Assembly: GCF_900626095.1 (NCBI RefSeq) | Contig: NZ_UYZZ01000003.1 | Location: 162,889 to 202,888, forward strand | DNA: 40,000 nucleotides | Source of the DNA: Clostridium rectalis | GTDB taxonomy: Bacteria > Bacillota > Clostridia > Clostridiales > Clostridiaceae | Direction: 5' to 3' | Shown: positions 8,640 through 16,964 of the stretch, piece after piece | Position numbering within the stretch: the first letter of the stretch is position 1 | Layout: every line of letters starts with the position of its first letter | The notes under the pieces: model-generated | Database searches by the model: none | What the model was told of the DNA's origin: nothing | What the model saw: only the letters and a program-made list of their open reading frames with translations | Made by a program: the position numbers and the translations under genes

Positions 8640-10765
8640 TAAACATATACCCCCTCTGCACTGTTAACTAATTGATTTTCCATATAAGTTTCTATCTTAG
8701 ATATTATTTTATTTATGTCTGCTTCTTCTTTTACTTGTACATCTCCAAAATTTACATTAGGCTGTAATGTTACGAAGTTTTGTATGCTTTCCATTTCTGC
8801 TAAATCTCTCATCATTTCAAGATGCTCATTAGAAACGTCTATTTTATCATCTATATTTTTTAAGTGTTTATTAGCATCTTTTAATCCTTTATTTTTACCG
8901 TTATCGCTGCCCATTGCTAATTTCCCTGGACCCAATTTTTTATTCCACGCCCCTAAATCACCTTTAGGTAAATTCTTCTGTATTTCTGGTATCTTAAACA
9001 TATCCTTGACCCCATTAGAGAATGCAGCTCCTTTTCCATATCCGTAATCAAATTCATTCCCATAATTGAATCTTTCCATATGAAAATCTCTAGAATCAAG
9101 TCTGTCAACCTTTATTTTAGCTTCTCCAACTAAATCATCTACTGCGCCCTGAAGCCCCTCTCTCCATCCACTTACGGCATCAGCTAAATTAGATCCAAAA
9201 ATTGTGTCTATAGCGGATGCTATTCCTTGTAAAATTTCTAAAACTGCATCCCCCATTCCTGCAAATAGCCTAACTATTGCCCCTACAGGATCTACAAAAA
9301 CATTAGCTATAAATTCTGCGAATGTAGCAAACATATTATATAGCAAAATTATAATATCCGCTACTGCATTATAAAATGTTACAAATAAATTTCCTACAAA
9401 TCCAACAGTAGTCATAAATGCTCCACAAATTAAACCTGTTGCCGATACACTTGTCCCCGCGAAATGATTCACTGCTGCAGTAGCAGCATAAAATAAAGCT
9501 ATTAATATAATTATTGCAATAATAATCCATGTTAAAGGGCAAGCATATAATGCCGCATTAAGACCATGTTGTGCTACTGTCTCCGCAAATGTTGCCCCCG
9601 TAGCAATACTTGAAGCGGCCGCTCGTGTAGATTCTAAAAATGTTTGTTTTGCTATAATTCCATTTGTTATTAATGATACTGTATTATAAGCTATCATAGC
9701 TGCTACAATACCCCAGACTATAGGACTAATTATACTCCAGTTATTGCCCACAATATTTCCTATTTTACTAAAAACATCAATCAATTTCATGGTTATATTA
9801 ACTACAGTAACTATTCCCTTAGATAGCCCATCGAAAAAGGGTTGAAACCGCCCTTCCCTAAAACCTTCATTTAATGTTCTTAATAACGGCTTTAACGCTT
9901 CCAATGCATTATTACCAGCCTTTGAGAAAGACGTTGAGATGTTGGCTATTAGGTTATCCCATAAAGATAACGCGGCACCTGCCGCTTCTTCTACAGCCAG
10001 TTGAGTACCACCTTTCCTATTTAGCATTTTATCAAACTTATTCATAAAATCATCCATGTCTTTTGAGGCTTTGAGGTTCTTTATCTCTTCAGGACCAAAA
10101 CCAAATCTGCCTTTTAAGGACATCCCATCCCCTCCTAAAATCTCTTTAAGTGCAAACCCCGCACCCTCTAAACCCTGAGTAGGGTCTAAAAAGGCAAGTC
10201 TTTCAGCTAATTTATTTAAATCCATTAACTTATCTGTATTTTTTGTGAACTGGATAAACTGACGAGATATAGCGGCAAAATCTTTAAGTCCGTATTGACT
10301 TATTAATGCATAATCGTTTATTCCATTAAAAAATGCTTTACCTACATCCTTATTCCCTAACATACCACTTATAGTTATTAGTTGTCTTTCCAAATTAGCA
10401 GCTCCGCCTATGGTTGAATCTATTCCCTTCTTAACAGCTTGGAATCCTAAATAAGCACCTACCAACCCTTTAATCTTACTTGCCAATCCATCAGAAGAGT
10501 TAATTCCTCTGTTAAAAGAATTATTCAAGTTCTCTTGATTATATTTAGCCTTATCTTGTGAATCGGCTAGTTCCTGTAATCCTGATGAAGCCCTTTTGAT
10601 GCTATCCCTAGCTGTATTAAGTGTATTAGTAATTTTTATATCCCTATTTGCCTTATTGTTCATATCATCCATAGCACTTATAGTTAAATTTAATGCATTT
10701 GTTATTTGTTGAAGAGGTCTTGTCATTTGGTCAAACATTCTTAAACTAGTTGATACCGTAGCCAT
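8639..10765 (-). CDS. Tail tape measure protein
   Basis: Largest ORF (708 aa). Helical N-terminus and a long hydrophobic Gly/Ala-rich core. Sits between the chaperone region and the LysM protein. Confidence 0.85.
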   Translation of the reverse strand: MATVSTSLRMFDQMTRPLQQITNALNLTISAMDDMNNKANRDIKITNTLNTARDSIKRASSGLQELADSQDKAKYNQENLNNSFNRGINSSDGLASKIKGLVGAYLGFQAVKKGIDSTIGGAANLERQLITISGMLGNKDVGKAFFNGINDYALISQYGLKDFAAISRQFIQFTKNTDKLMDLNKLAERLAFLDPTQGLEGAGFALKEILGGDGMSLKGRFGFGPEEIKNLKASKDMDDFMNKFDKMLNRKGGTQLAVEEAAGAALSLWDNLIANISTSFSKAGNNALEALKPLLRTLNEGFREGRFQPFFDGLSKGIVTVVNITMKLIDVFSKIGNIVGNNWSIISPIVWGIVAAMIAYNTVSLITNGIIAKQTFLESTRAAASSIATGATFAETVAQHGLNAALYACPLTWIIIAIIILIALFYAATAAVNHFAGTSVSATGLICGAFMTTVGFVGNLFVTFYNAVADIIILLYNMFATFAEFIANVFVDPVGAIVRLFAGMGDAVLEILQGIASAIDTIFGSNLADAVSGWREGLQGAVDDLVGEAKIKVDRLDSRDFHMERFNYGNEFDYGYGKGAAFSNGVKDMFKIPEIQKNLPKGDLGAWNKKLGPGKLAMGSDNGKNKGLKDANKHLKNIDDKIDVSNEHLEMMRDLAEMESIQNFVTLQPNVNFGDVQVKEEADINKIISKIETYMENQLVNSAEGVYV

Positions 10766-10784
10766 GTATTACCTCCTTTCGTTC

Positions 10785-10816
10785 ATAATAAAAACACCTA
10801 CCTTTAAGGTAAGTGT
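10785..10816 (-). terminator. Strand-specific intrinsic terminator after the lipoprotein gene
   Basis: Minus-strand RNA ACACUUACCU-UAA-AGGUAGGUGU (10 bp, one G.U) followed by UUUUUAUUAU. The same position is a C.A mismatch on the plus strand. Confidence 0.7.
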
Positions 10817-10843
10817 TCTATATATCTCACTATGAAATTAATA

Positions 10844-11437
10844 TCACCTAACAACATATTTAAACTCTCTATTATTTACACTTATAATAACTGCCAATGG
10901 TTTTTTATCACTTTCAACTTCATTTGGAACTTCAGCAATAAAATGAATTACACCATTTTTTAACGGTTCTATTGATGTTATATTTGTATAATTAAAATTT
11001 GTGCCCCCATCCTTCTCTATTGCAGAAAAAGTTCTATATTCATATTTCTCATTATAAATAACTTTAACCGACAAAAACTCATTTGCCCGTCGTCCTTCTG
11101 TCAAAAGACTCTTTACATCTATTGTAGTATCAAAATAAATTGTACCTGGTTCTTTTGCTTCATAATAAGTATAAATATTTTTTGGCTTTGGTGGGTTGAT
11201 TTTTTTACCAAATTTAGTATCTATAATAGTAAATTCACAATAATTTTTTATTATGTTTACCCTCCCTTTGTTACTATCTTCAAACTTTGACTTTACTTTT
11301 TTAGATTTATTTTCATCCTGCTGAATCTTTTCATTTATATCGTTTTTTGAAGATGTTTCTTTAGAACTATTACTTCCACATCCAAGCATAGTAATTAAAT
11401 ACATTGCAATGAAAATAGTACTGAATATCTTTTTCAT
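10844..11437 (-). CDS. Secreted lipoprotein (accessory cassette gene between chaperone and tape measure)
   Basis: Signal peptide with lipobox MKKIFSTIFIAMYLITMLG-C, then a Ser/Lys-rich linker and a beta-rich C-terminal domain. RBS GGGGG. Has its own promoter and terminator. Confidence 0.8.
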   Translation of the reverse strand: MKKIFSTIFIAMYLITMLGCGSNSSKETSSKNDINEKIQQDENKSKKVKSKFEDSNKGRVNIIKNYCEFTIIDTKFGKKINPPKPKNIYTYYEAKEPGTIYFDTTIDVKSLLTEGRRANEFLSVKVIYNEKYEYRTFSAIEKDGGTNFNYTNITSIEPLKNGVIHFIAEVPNEVESDKKPLAVIISVNNREFKYVVR

Positions 11438-11473
11438 TTATTAGACCCCCTTTTTTCTAATGAAACCATTTTA

Positions 11474-11502
11474 ATGATAACAAATAATGGAGTTTGTTTC
11501 AA
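11474..11502 (-). promoter_or_regulatory. Sigma-A-type promoter for the lipoprotein gene
   Basis: Minus strand reads TTGAAA, a 17-nt spacer ending in TGt, then TATCAT (extended -10). It lies about 35 nt upstream of the ATG. Confidence 0.5.
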
Positions 11503-11504
11503 TA

Positions 11505-11690
11505 TTATCTTTTTCTTTTAGCTTTATCCATTTGTTTCTTTTCATTCTCTATATGCAAATCTATACTAGCATATATAAACGCCTTCTCTTGTCTATTCAT
11601 ATTTATTAATACGCTTGGGAGTATTTTTAATTTATGGAGGGCGTAGTGCGCATAATTAGCTTCACCGTCACCCTCCTTTATTAGTTTTTT
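11505..11690 (-). CDS. -1 frameshift extension of the tail assembly chaperone (gpT-like part of a G/GT pair)
   Basis: Slippery heptamer A_AAA_AAC (11690..11684) immediately before the zero-frame TAA. The -1 frame stays open for 59 codons (KLIKEGDGEANYAHYALHKLKILPSVLINMNRQEKAFIYASIDLHIENEKKQMDKAKRKR) to TAA at 11507..11505. Confidence 0.7.
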   Translation of the reverse strand, partial: KKLIKEGDGEANYAHYALHKLKILPSVLINMNRQEKAFIYASIDLHIENEKKQMDKAKRKR

Positions 11691-12091
11691 GCTTCTTCTA
11701 CTAGCTCTTGAATACCTTTATCGTATCCATTTACTTCACTTACAATACTTGACCATTCAGAATATTCTCCATCACTCATTTTATTTTTCATAGCTTTTAA
11801 TAGTTCTTCTGCCCCAAGAACTCCCCAAGCACTTTGTAACTCTGCATTTTTTAAATCTGGATGTGTTGTTGTCTCTATTATAAGATTAGATAAATACTTC
11901 TCTTCATCTGTTTCCATTATCTTTTGTCCTTTTATAAATTTAACTTTTCTACAACTTTTTCTAATCTCATCCGCCTTAGTAGCACCTATTGCTTTAAATT
12001 TCATCCTTCTTTTTCTACCACCTATAGTTATTTCTCTCTCTATTTCTTCTACCTCTTCAAAAGTATCCATTAAAAAATCTTCAAAATTCAT
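11681..12091 (-). CDS. Tail assembly chaperone (XkdN-like, gpG equivalent)
   Basis: 136 aa, acidic, between the tube gene and the tape measure region. Ends in a slippery site. Confidence 0.75.
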   Translation of the reverse strand: MNFEDFLMDTFEEVEEIEREITIGGRKRRMKFKAIGATKADEIRKSCRKVKFIKGQKIMETDEEKYLSNLIIETTTHPDLKNAELQSAWGVLGAEELLKAMKNKMSDGEYSEWSSIVSEVNGYDKGIQELVEEAKN

Positions 12092-12108
12092 TTAATATTC
12101 TCCTCCTA

Positions 12109-12573
12109 TTAACCTAATACTGGTTTATTAAATTTATCTAACATGTCAACATCTTCAAATGTGAAACTCATGTCTTCCTCAAGCATTTCTGAATCTATAT
12201 CAAACATTGCCATTGCAACTTCATCAAGATTACAATTTTTCAATACTATTGTTTGTTTTCCTATAGTTGAAGTTGGGTCCTCATTAGTAACAGCTATATC
12301 AAAATAAGTATCAATACCATCTTTCATGTACTTTAACATCAATTCTCTAAATAAAGATGTAGCATAGTAAACTGTAAGAGTTCCTGTTCCTTTCCACCCA
12401 GCGGCCTTATTTTGCGTAGCTCTATTCCCTATTGTCTTTCCCTCTGTCTTTTGTTTTTCAACTTTAGATTCAAGCTTCTTTGCATAAAACAAAACTTCAT
12501 TTCTGCCATTTACAGTTAAATAGGCTCTAGCTTCTGCCCCACTAATAGTATCACTAAGCTTAAAAAATCCCAT
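12109..12573 (-). CDS. Tail tube protein (XkdM-like)
   Basis: 154 aa directly after the sheath gene. GAEARAYLTVNGRNEVLFYAKKLE...GTLTVYY is typical of XkdM-type tube proteins. Confidence 0.8.
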   Translation of the reverse strand: MGFFKLSDTISGAEARAYLTVNGRNEVLFYAKKLESKVEKQKTEGKTIGNRATQNKAAGWKGTGTLTVYYATSLFRELMLKYMKDGIDTYFDIAVTNEDPTSTIGKQTIVLKNCNLDEVAMAMFDIDSEMLEEDMSFTFEDVDMLDKFNKPVLG

Positions 12574-12576
12574 ATA

Positions 12577-13887
12577 CTATTCCACCTCCACATCCATGTA
12601 TAGCTTTTCCATAGCATCTATTGGTTGTACTCCCATTCTAGCTACTACAGAATCTTTATCCTGTCCTCTTTTGATTTCAATATCCTCTGGAACTACATTT
12701 TCTAAAGCTCCAATACCTTGTAATCCTTCTAAGAATTTAATTACATCTTTTTTATATAAATTTCTGCCATCTTCACTATTGTCACCTTTCCCAATATAAT
12801 TGGTTTCCCATAATAATCTACTTCCGTTATTTACTTCAAAAAGTGTACGAACTACTCTATTTTTTCTATAATCTTTCCCTTTATCTTTAGTAAAGCTTTT
12901 AAATGTATTAATATCCTGCTCTATAACTACTCTTCTGTTGCTAATAGTAAATATCATTTCTCCATTTAATAAAGCTTCCTCTATTTCTCTACTAGTGTAT
13001 TTAACATCTACATCAATGGCACCTGGATACTCTAGATAAGTGTTAGATTGATTTACATTTGCTCCTGCTGTAGCCCCAGTTACAAATGCTACAGCTTGGT
13101 CAGATTTTATTATTGTGCCATCACTTAAAATAACACCGTTTTTAACACTAATAACATTTTCACTATCGGCTTCAGGGTAATTCTCTAGCACTAGTTGTAC
13201 TTGTCTACCTTCTTCTTTTAATCTTTTAATAAATGTGGTGGCAACTGTTTTTATGCTAATATCCTTTGCTGAAATACCTATAGTATGAAACTCATAAGGC
13301 TCAATTATAGCTAGATAATCCGTGTAGCTTTGATTAGTGACAAGTCCATTTTCTCCACCCTTTAATACTAACCCAGCAGTAACTTTTAATTCTCCAGTAC
13401 CTTTAAACTCAACATAATTATTAGGTTTTAATTCCTCTATAGTTTTAACTAATTGCTTATCCACCTTATTTCCTTCAAACATAGTTATAACTTCAAAACT
13501 TCCTATATTATCAATACTGTTTTGAATTACTATAGTAATATTGTTTCCTTTAGTTCCACTATATTTTGCATTTACAGTTAACCCTTCCAATGTTGCAATA
13601 GCTTTAGCACCTTCATTTAATCTATATAATAGTAATGTCTTAGACTTCTTAAATACTTCTCTTATTAGCAGTACACTTTCATCAGCTATATTAATACCTA
13701 ATACTTTTGATAAATCATCATCTGCCTGTATTGTAATAACTTCTTTTTCAGGTCCCCATGGTAATACTAATGGTAAAGTTGCAATACCTCTTTCACCTAT
13801 AGGAGTTGATGTATTCTTTTTAGACTTGAAGTTTGTATATGCTCCTGGTCTAATTTTATTTTGTTTTTCCCATGTTCCTCCCGCCAT
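12577..13887 (-). CDS. Contractile tail sheath protein (XkdK-like)
   Basis: 436 aa. N-terminus MAGGTWEKQNKIRPGAYTNF is the hallmark start of Xkd/phiCD-type sheath proteins. Confidence 0.85.
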   Translation of the reverse strand: MAGGTWEKQNKIRPGAYTNFKSKKNTSTPIGERGIATLPLVLPWGPEKEVITIQADDDLSKVLGINIADESVLLIREVFKKSKTLLLYRLNEGAKAIATLEGLTVNAKYSGTKGNNITIVIQNSIDNIGSFEVITMFEGNKVDKQLVKTIEELKPNNYVEFKGTGELKVTAGLVLKGGENGLVTNQSYTDYLAIIEPYEFHTIGISAKDISIKTVATTFIKRLKEEGRQVQLVLENYPEADSENVISVKNGVILSDGTIIKSDQAVAFVTGATAGANVNQSNTYLEYPGAIDVDVKYTSREIEEALLNGEMIFTISNRRVVIEQDINTFKSFTKDKGKDYRKNRVVRTLFEVNNGSRLLWETNYIGKGDNSEDGRNLYKKDVIKFLEGLQGIGALENVVPEDIEIKRGQDKDSVVARMGVQPIDAMEKLYMDVEVE

Positions 13888-14052
13888 CTATTTCACCTCT
13901 TTTTTATTAAAATCATCTATAATCTTTTTAACTTCTTTTAAGCTATATTCTTTATCTTCTAGAATAGCTTTTAATATGTCTTTTTCTATAACTGTAAATT
14001 GTTTTGAAGATAATATTTGTTCCTTGCTAAATTTAATTTCTTTACCTTCCAT
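13888..14052 (-). CDS. Small hypothetical protein (54 aa, below the track cutoff)
   Basis: My translation: MEGKEIKFSKEQILSSKQFTVIEKDILKAILEDKEYSLKEVKKIIDDFNKKEVK. Its ATG overlaps the end of the upstream gene, and its stop abuts the sheath ATG (TAGATG). Confidence 0.5.
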   Translation of the reverse strand: MEGKEIKFSKEQILSSKQFTVIEKDILKAILEDKEYSLKEVKKIIDDFNKKEVK

Positions 14053-14473
14053 TGGTTTTCACCTCAACTTTTAACTTATTCATTTTAGGAGCTTCCTCAA
14101 TCTGTTTTAAAACATAATAATTAAACCGCAGCATGAAGTGTAAAACTCCATCTATAACCTCATGAGTCATATCAGTACTTCTATATAAATTGTCATTTAC
14201 TTGTACATATTCAAGTACATCATAAAGCCTATCAGCCATATCTAAACAATCCGAATTAATATCTTCTTTATCACTAAAATAATGAATATCAAATAATATA
14301 TTTTTCTTGTATCTGATATCCAATTCCTTATCCTGTGCAGAACTTAAAACCTTAATAAAAAAACAAGGCTCCTCAAAGTCTTGTTCTATCTTTTCATTGT
14401 ATATAGTTATGTTAGGAAATTCTTCGTCTAATGCCTGGTTTATTCCTATTTTTAAATCATTTATACTTGCTAT
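14042..14473 (-). CDS. Neck/tail-completion protein at the xkdJ position; probable non-canonical ATA start
   Basis: The track ORF starts at TTG 14323, but the frame is open 54 codons further upstream. That stretch encodes protein-like sequence (IASINDLKIGINQALDEEFPNITIYNEKIEQDFEEPCFFIKVLSSAQDKE). AAGGTGAT lies 3 nt (core AAGG 7 nt) before ATA 14473. There is no ATG, GTG or TTG in that stretch. Confidence 0.5.
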   Translation of the reverse strand: MASINDLKIGINQALDEEFPNITIYNEKIEQDFEEPCFFIKVLSSAQDKELDIRYKKNILFDIHYFSDKEDINSDCLDMADRLYDVLEYVQVNDNLYRSTDMTHEVIDGVLHFMLRFNYYVLKQIEEAPKMNKLKVEVKTNGR

Positions 14474-14493
14474 GCTATCACCTTCTTATATAA

Positions 14494-14502
14494 TGTTATA
14501 AT
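14494..14502 (+). promoter_or_regulatory. Extended -10 promoter element (TGTTATAAT) for the reverse-oriented small gene
   Basis: TGtTATAAT lies about 25 nt upstream of ATG 14527. A second TATAAT is at 14489..14494. Confidence 0.4.
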
Positions 14503-14526
14503 CTTATTGAAAGGGGGGTGTTATTT

Positions 14527-14712
14527 ATGGATATTGATTTTAATAAACTACAACAAGATAGCCTTGATAAATTTTTTGCTAAAAATCCTAAAATTAAAGA
14601 TAATAAAATTCTAGCTTCTCAATTGGAATTAAACTCAAAGCTTATGTGCACTATCCTATCTCAGTATCATGAGCAATTGAAACAAGCTCATTCTCAAGAT
14701 GTTGAGAAATAG
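14527..14712 (+). CDS. Small hypothetical protein (61 aa), opposite orientation to the structural operon
   Basis: ATG 14527 preceded by GAAAGGGGGG (8 nt spacing). Sequence MDIDFNKLQQDSLDKFFAKNPKIKDNKILASQLELNSKLMCTILSQYHEQLKQAHSQDVEK. A hairpin plus T-run lies downstream. Confidence 0.5.
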   Translation: MDIDFNKLQQDSLDKFFAKNPKIKDNKILASQLELNSKLMCTILSQYHEQLKQAHSQDVEK

Positions 14713-14818
14713 TTTCGGTTATTTTGTCTATATCTATTGGCTGAACTTTTCCTTCAAGTTCAGCCACTCTTTTCTTTAAATCGTTAATTTCTTTTTTTAA
14801 CTCCTCCAACCTTATCAC
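14651..14818 (-). CDS. Small coiled-coil ORF (55 aa) coupled to the gp10-like gene
   Basis: GTG 14818 overlaps the gp10 stop (GTGA). Sequence VIRLEELKKEINDLKKRVAELEGKVQPIDIDKITETISQHLENELVSIAHDTEIG. It overlaps the 3' end of the plus-strand ORF by 62 nt, so only one of the two may be real. Confidence 0.35.
   Translation of the reverse strand: MIRLEELKKEINDLKKRVAELEGKVQPIDIDKITETISQHLENELVSIAHDTEIG
14741..14775 (+). terminator. Hairpin plus T-run downstream of the reverse-oriented small gene
   Basis: CTGAACTT-ttccttc-AAGTTCAG (perfect 8 bp), then ccactcTTTTCTTT. Confidence 0.4.
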
Positions 14819-15246
14819 CTACCATTCAATATCTGATTCAATAGTTCTACTTGCTTTTTCTCCATGAATTTAGGTAATTCCCTTTCCATTTCCTGCATAG
14901 ATATTGTGGCCATGAACCTACCTTCCACCCATGCCTTATGATTCCTGGTCCTATGGCCATACTCAACATAGCTGGCATACTCTACGTTATTAAATACTTC
15001 CACCAAATAGCTATTTCCTTGCTTAATAACTTCTCCTACTTGCCAATTCCTCCTTAAATGTCCTCCTGTCTTATTAGGATAAACACCAACCGGAGTTCTT
15101 TTCTTAATTTTCCTCTCAGCACGAAAAGCCATTTCCAATAAGAACTCTCTTATCCATCTTTCGATTACTCTTTCATTTAAAGCTTTATTGAATCTTCCAG
15201 CCATATTCTTAAATTCAGAGTAATCAAAGCTACCCATTCTACTCAT
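14815..15246 (-). CDS. HK97 gp10-family neck/tail-completion protein
   Basis: RTPVGVYPNKTGGHLRRNWQV...NNVEYASYVEYGHRT is the characteristic gp10-family motif. Confidence 0.75.
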   Translation of the reverse strand: MSRMGSFDYSEFKNMAGRFNKALNERVIERWIREFLLEMAFRAERKIKKRTPVGVYPNKTGGHLRRNWQVGEVIKQGNSYLVEVFNNVEYASYVEYGHRTRNHKAWVEGRFMATISMQEMERELPKFMEKKQVELLNQILNGR

Positions 15247-15626
15247 TAGGCTTTACCATCTTTACTAAGAATAACTTCCTGGTGTGTATTATATTTAAAA
15301 CCTTCTCCAGCTTCATATGTTTCTTTATCTCCAAATTGGTTAGTAATTTCTATAGTATCACCTTGTTTTATATCTGCCTCTGGAGCTATAAAAAGCTTAA
15401 GTTCATATACTACCTGATTTACTGTATCAGTCTGAGTATTTTTACTTAAGCTTTGTTTAGATACCTTGCAAGAAATATTTTTATATTTTATTTTTGGCAT
15501 TATTTTAGTTTCTTTAGTTTTAGGGTCCTTAACCTTTTCTTTACCTCCAGCTATGGTGCAAGTGCAATCGTATAATTTTTCTACTGCTTTCCTGGCCTGT
15601 TTAAATGCCTTATTTAGCATTACCAC
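15246..15626 (-). CDS. Head closure / head-tail adaptor protein
   Basis: 126 aa, translationally coupled between the gp6-like connector and gp10-like genes. Confidence 0.55.
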   Translation of the reverse strand: MVMLNKAFKQARKAVEKLYDCTCTIAGGKEKVKDPKTKETKIMPKIKYKNISCKVSKQSLSKNTQTDTVNQVVYELKLFIAPEADIKQGDTIEITNQFGDKETYEAGEGFKYNTHQEVILSKDGKA

Positions 15627-15964
15627 ACCAACTTTCTGTACCTATTAATCTGTGTCTTATAGTCCATTATCAAGCTATCTTTAACTTCACTTGCGACACT
15701 CCTATAACTTACAGAAGTATCTCCTTCACTTATAGAAGAAACAGAACCTAAAGAACTTTCTTCTTCCCCTAGGTTCTCATTTCTGTACATGTCCATGGCC
15801 ATTTTTAACACTATAGTATTTAAGGCTTCTGGTATTTCTTTAATGTGGCAATAATCTTTTACTATTTGCTCTACATCTTCTAGTGCAAATTTCAATAAAA
15901 AATCCTTAGAATCATCTTCTAAGGCTATTCCTAAAAGCTTTTTTAATTTTTCAAGCTGAGTCAT
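15620..15964 (-). CDS. gp6-like head-tail connector (DNA-packaging) protein
   Basis: LKKLLGIALEDDSKDFLLKFALEDVEQIVKDYCH is typical of Phage_connect_1-type proteins. First gene after the capsid gene. Confidence 0.7.
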   Translation of the reverse strand: MTQLEKLKKLLGIALEDDSKDFLLKFALEDVEQIVKDYCHIKEIPEALNTIVLKMAMDMYRNENLGEEESSLGSVSSISEGDTSVSYRSVASEVKDSLIMDYKTQINRYRKLVW

Positions 15965-15976
15965 AAACTCACCTTC

Positions 15977-16942
15977 TTATATTTTATGCTTAAACGCAAC
16001 TATTCTTATTTGTTTTGGTTCATATACTCTCTCCCAGTTAGTTTTTTCTTGTAATTCTGCTCTACTTGGACCTTCTGTTTTAGCTACTTTAGCATTAGTA
16101 AATTTAATTCCTCTAGGGTGTAATATCATTGTTTTTCTGTTAATTAAATAATCAACCCCAGAACCCTTTTTCTTATCTCTATCAGTTTCAGTTGGTATAA
16201 ATCCTACTGGATTTCCATTACCCAAAGCTAAAGCTCCTTGCCCAAATAAATAAGTAGTATAAACTCCACCAGTTTCTACAGGGCACCCATCATCAACTAT
16301 AACCCTCTTATCCTGGTATACATCAAACTCTGGACTATCACTTGGCCTTATTGTCTGTATCAAATTTTGTTTCTTAAGTTCTGACTTAACAGCGCTATGC
16401 ATCATAACCCCCGTCAATAATTCTTGAGCATCTCCAAGTAATTGTTGAGCATCTATAAAGGCACTTGCTGACCACTTAGCCGCACCTTCTGTCATAGCTG
16501 ATATATCAAGTAAGTTATTTTTCATTGATGTACTTAAAAACACACCTTTAAGAATTGCAATTAACTCTTTTTGCATATCTCTAGTCCAAAATCCACTTAC
16601 TAATTCTCCTATAGCTGCCATTGGGTCTTTACCTGCAAGAGCTGCTGATAAGTCTGTAGCACTCCACATTTTCGCCCTTCTTATAATAGCGGCAACATCT
16701 TTATTACTTGTAATCTTAGCTGCTTCTAAATCTGCATCCTCAATTATTTGCTCTGATTCTCCTGTTAAATCCTCAAAGAATGGCATATTAATTAATGGTG
16801 AAGCTTGACTTGCTAAATTATCAAACTCTGAGTTATTGGTTATAATGCCACTTTGTATTAAAGCTGACTTCTCCATTGTTCTATTAATCACATAAGGGTT
16901 AAATAATTCTGGTACAATTACATCACTTAATTTTGTTCCCAT
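15977..16942 (-). CDS. Major capsid protein
   Basis: 321 aa, after the scaffold gene. N-terminus MGTKLSDVIVPELFNPYV is typical of SPP1-gp13-like coat proteins. Confidence 0.8.
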   Translation of the reverse strand: MGTKLSDVIVPELFNPYVINRTMEKSALIQSGIITNNSEFDNLASQASPLINMPFFEDLTGESEQIIEDADLEAAKITSNKDVAAIIRRAKMWSATDLSAALAGKDPMAAIGELVSGFWTRDMQKELIAILKGVFLSTSMKNNLLDISAMTEGAAKWSASAFIDAQQLLGDAQELLTGVMMHSAVKSELKKQNLIQTIRPSDSPEFDVYQDKRVIVDDGCPVETGGVYTTYLFGQGALALGNGNPVGFIPTETDRDKKKGSGVDYLINRKTMILHPRGIKFTNAKVAKTEGPSRAELQEKTNWERVYEPKQIRIVAFKHKI

Positions 16943-16964
16943 ATTTTACACATCTCCTTTATTA

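Noticed and set aside
9055-9075. CCATATGAAAAT inside the tape measure gene as a third copy of the hairpin element arm.
   Set aside because: Only one arm-like half is present. There is no partner arm and no conserved flanks, and it lies within coding sequence.
14307-14501. Plus-strand 64-aa ORF.
   Set aside because: It is antisense to the protein-like N-terminal extension of the xkdJ-position gene and has no RBS. The real plus-strand unit appears to start at 14527.
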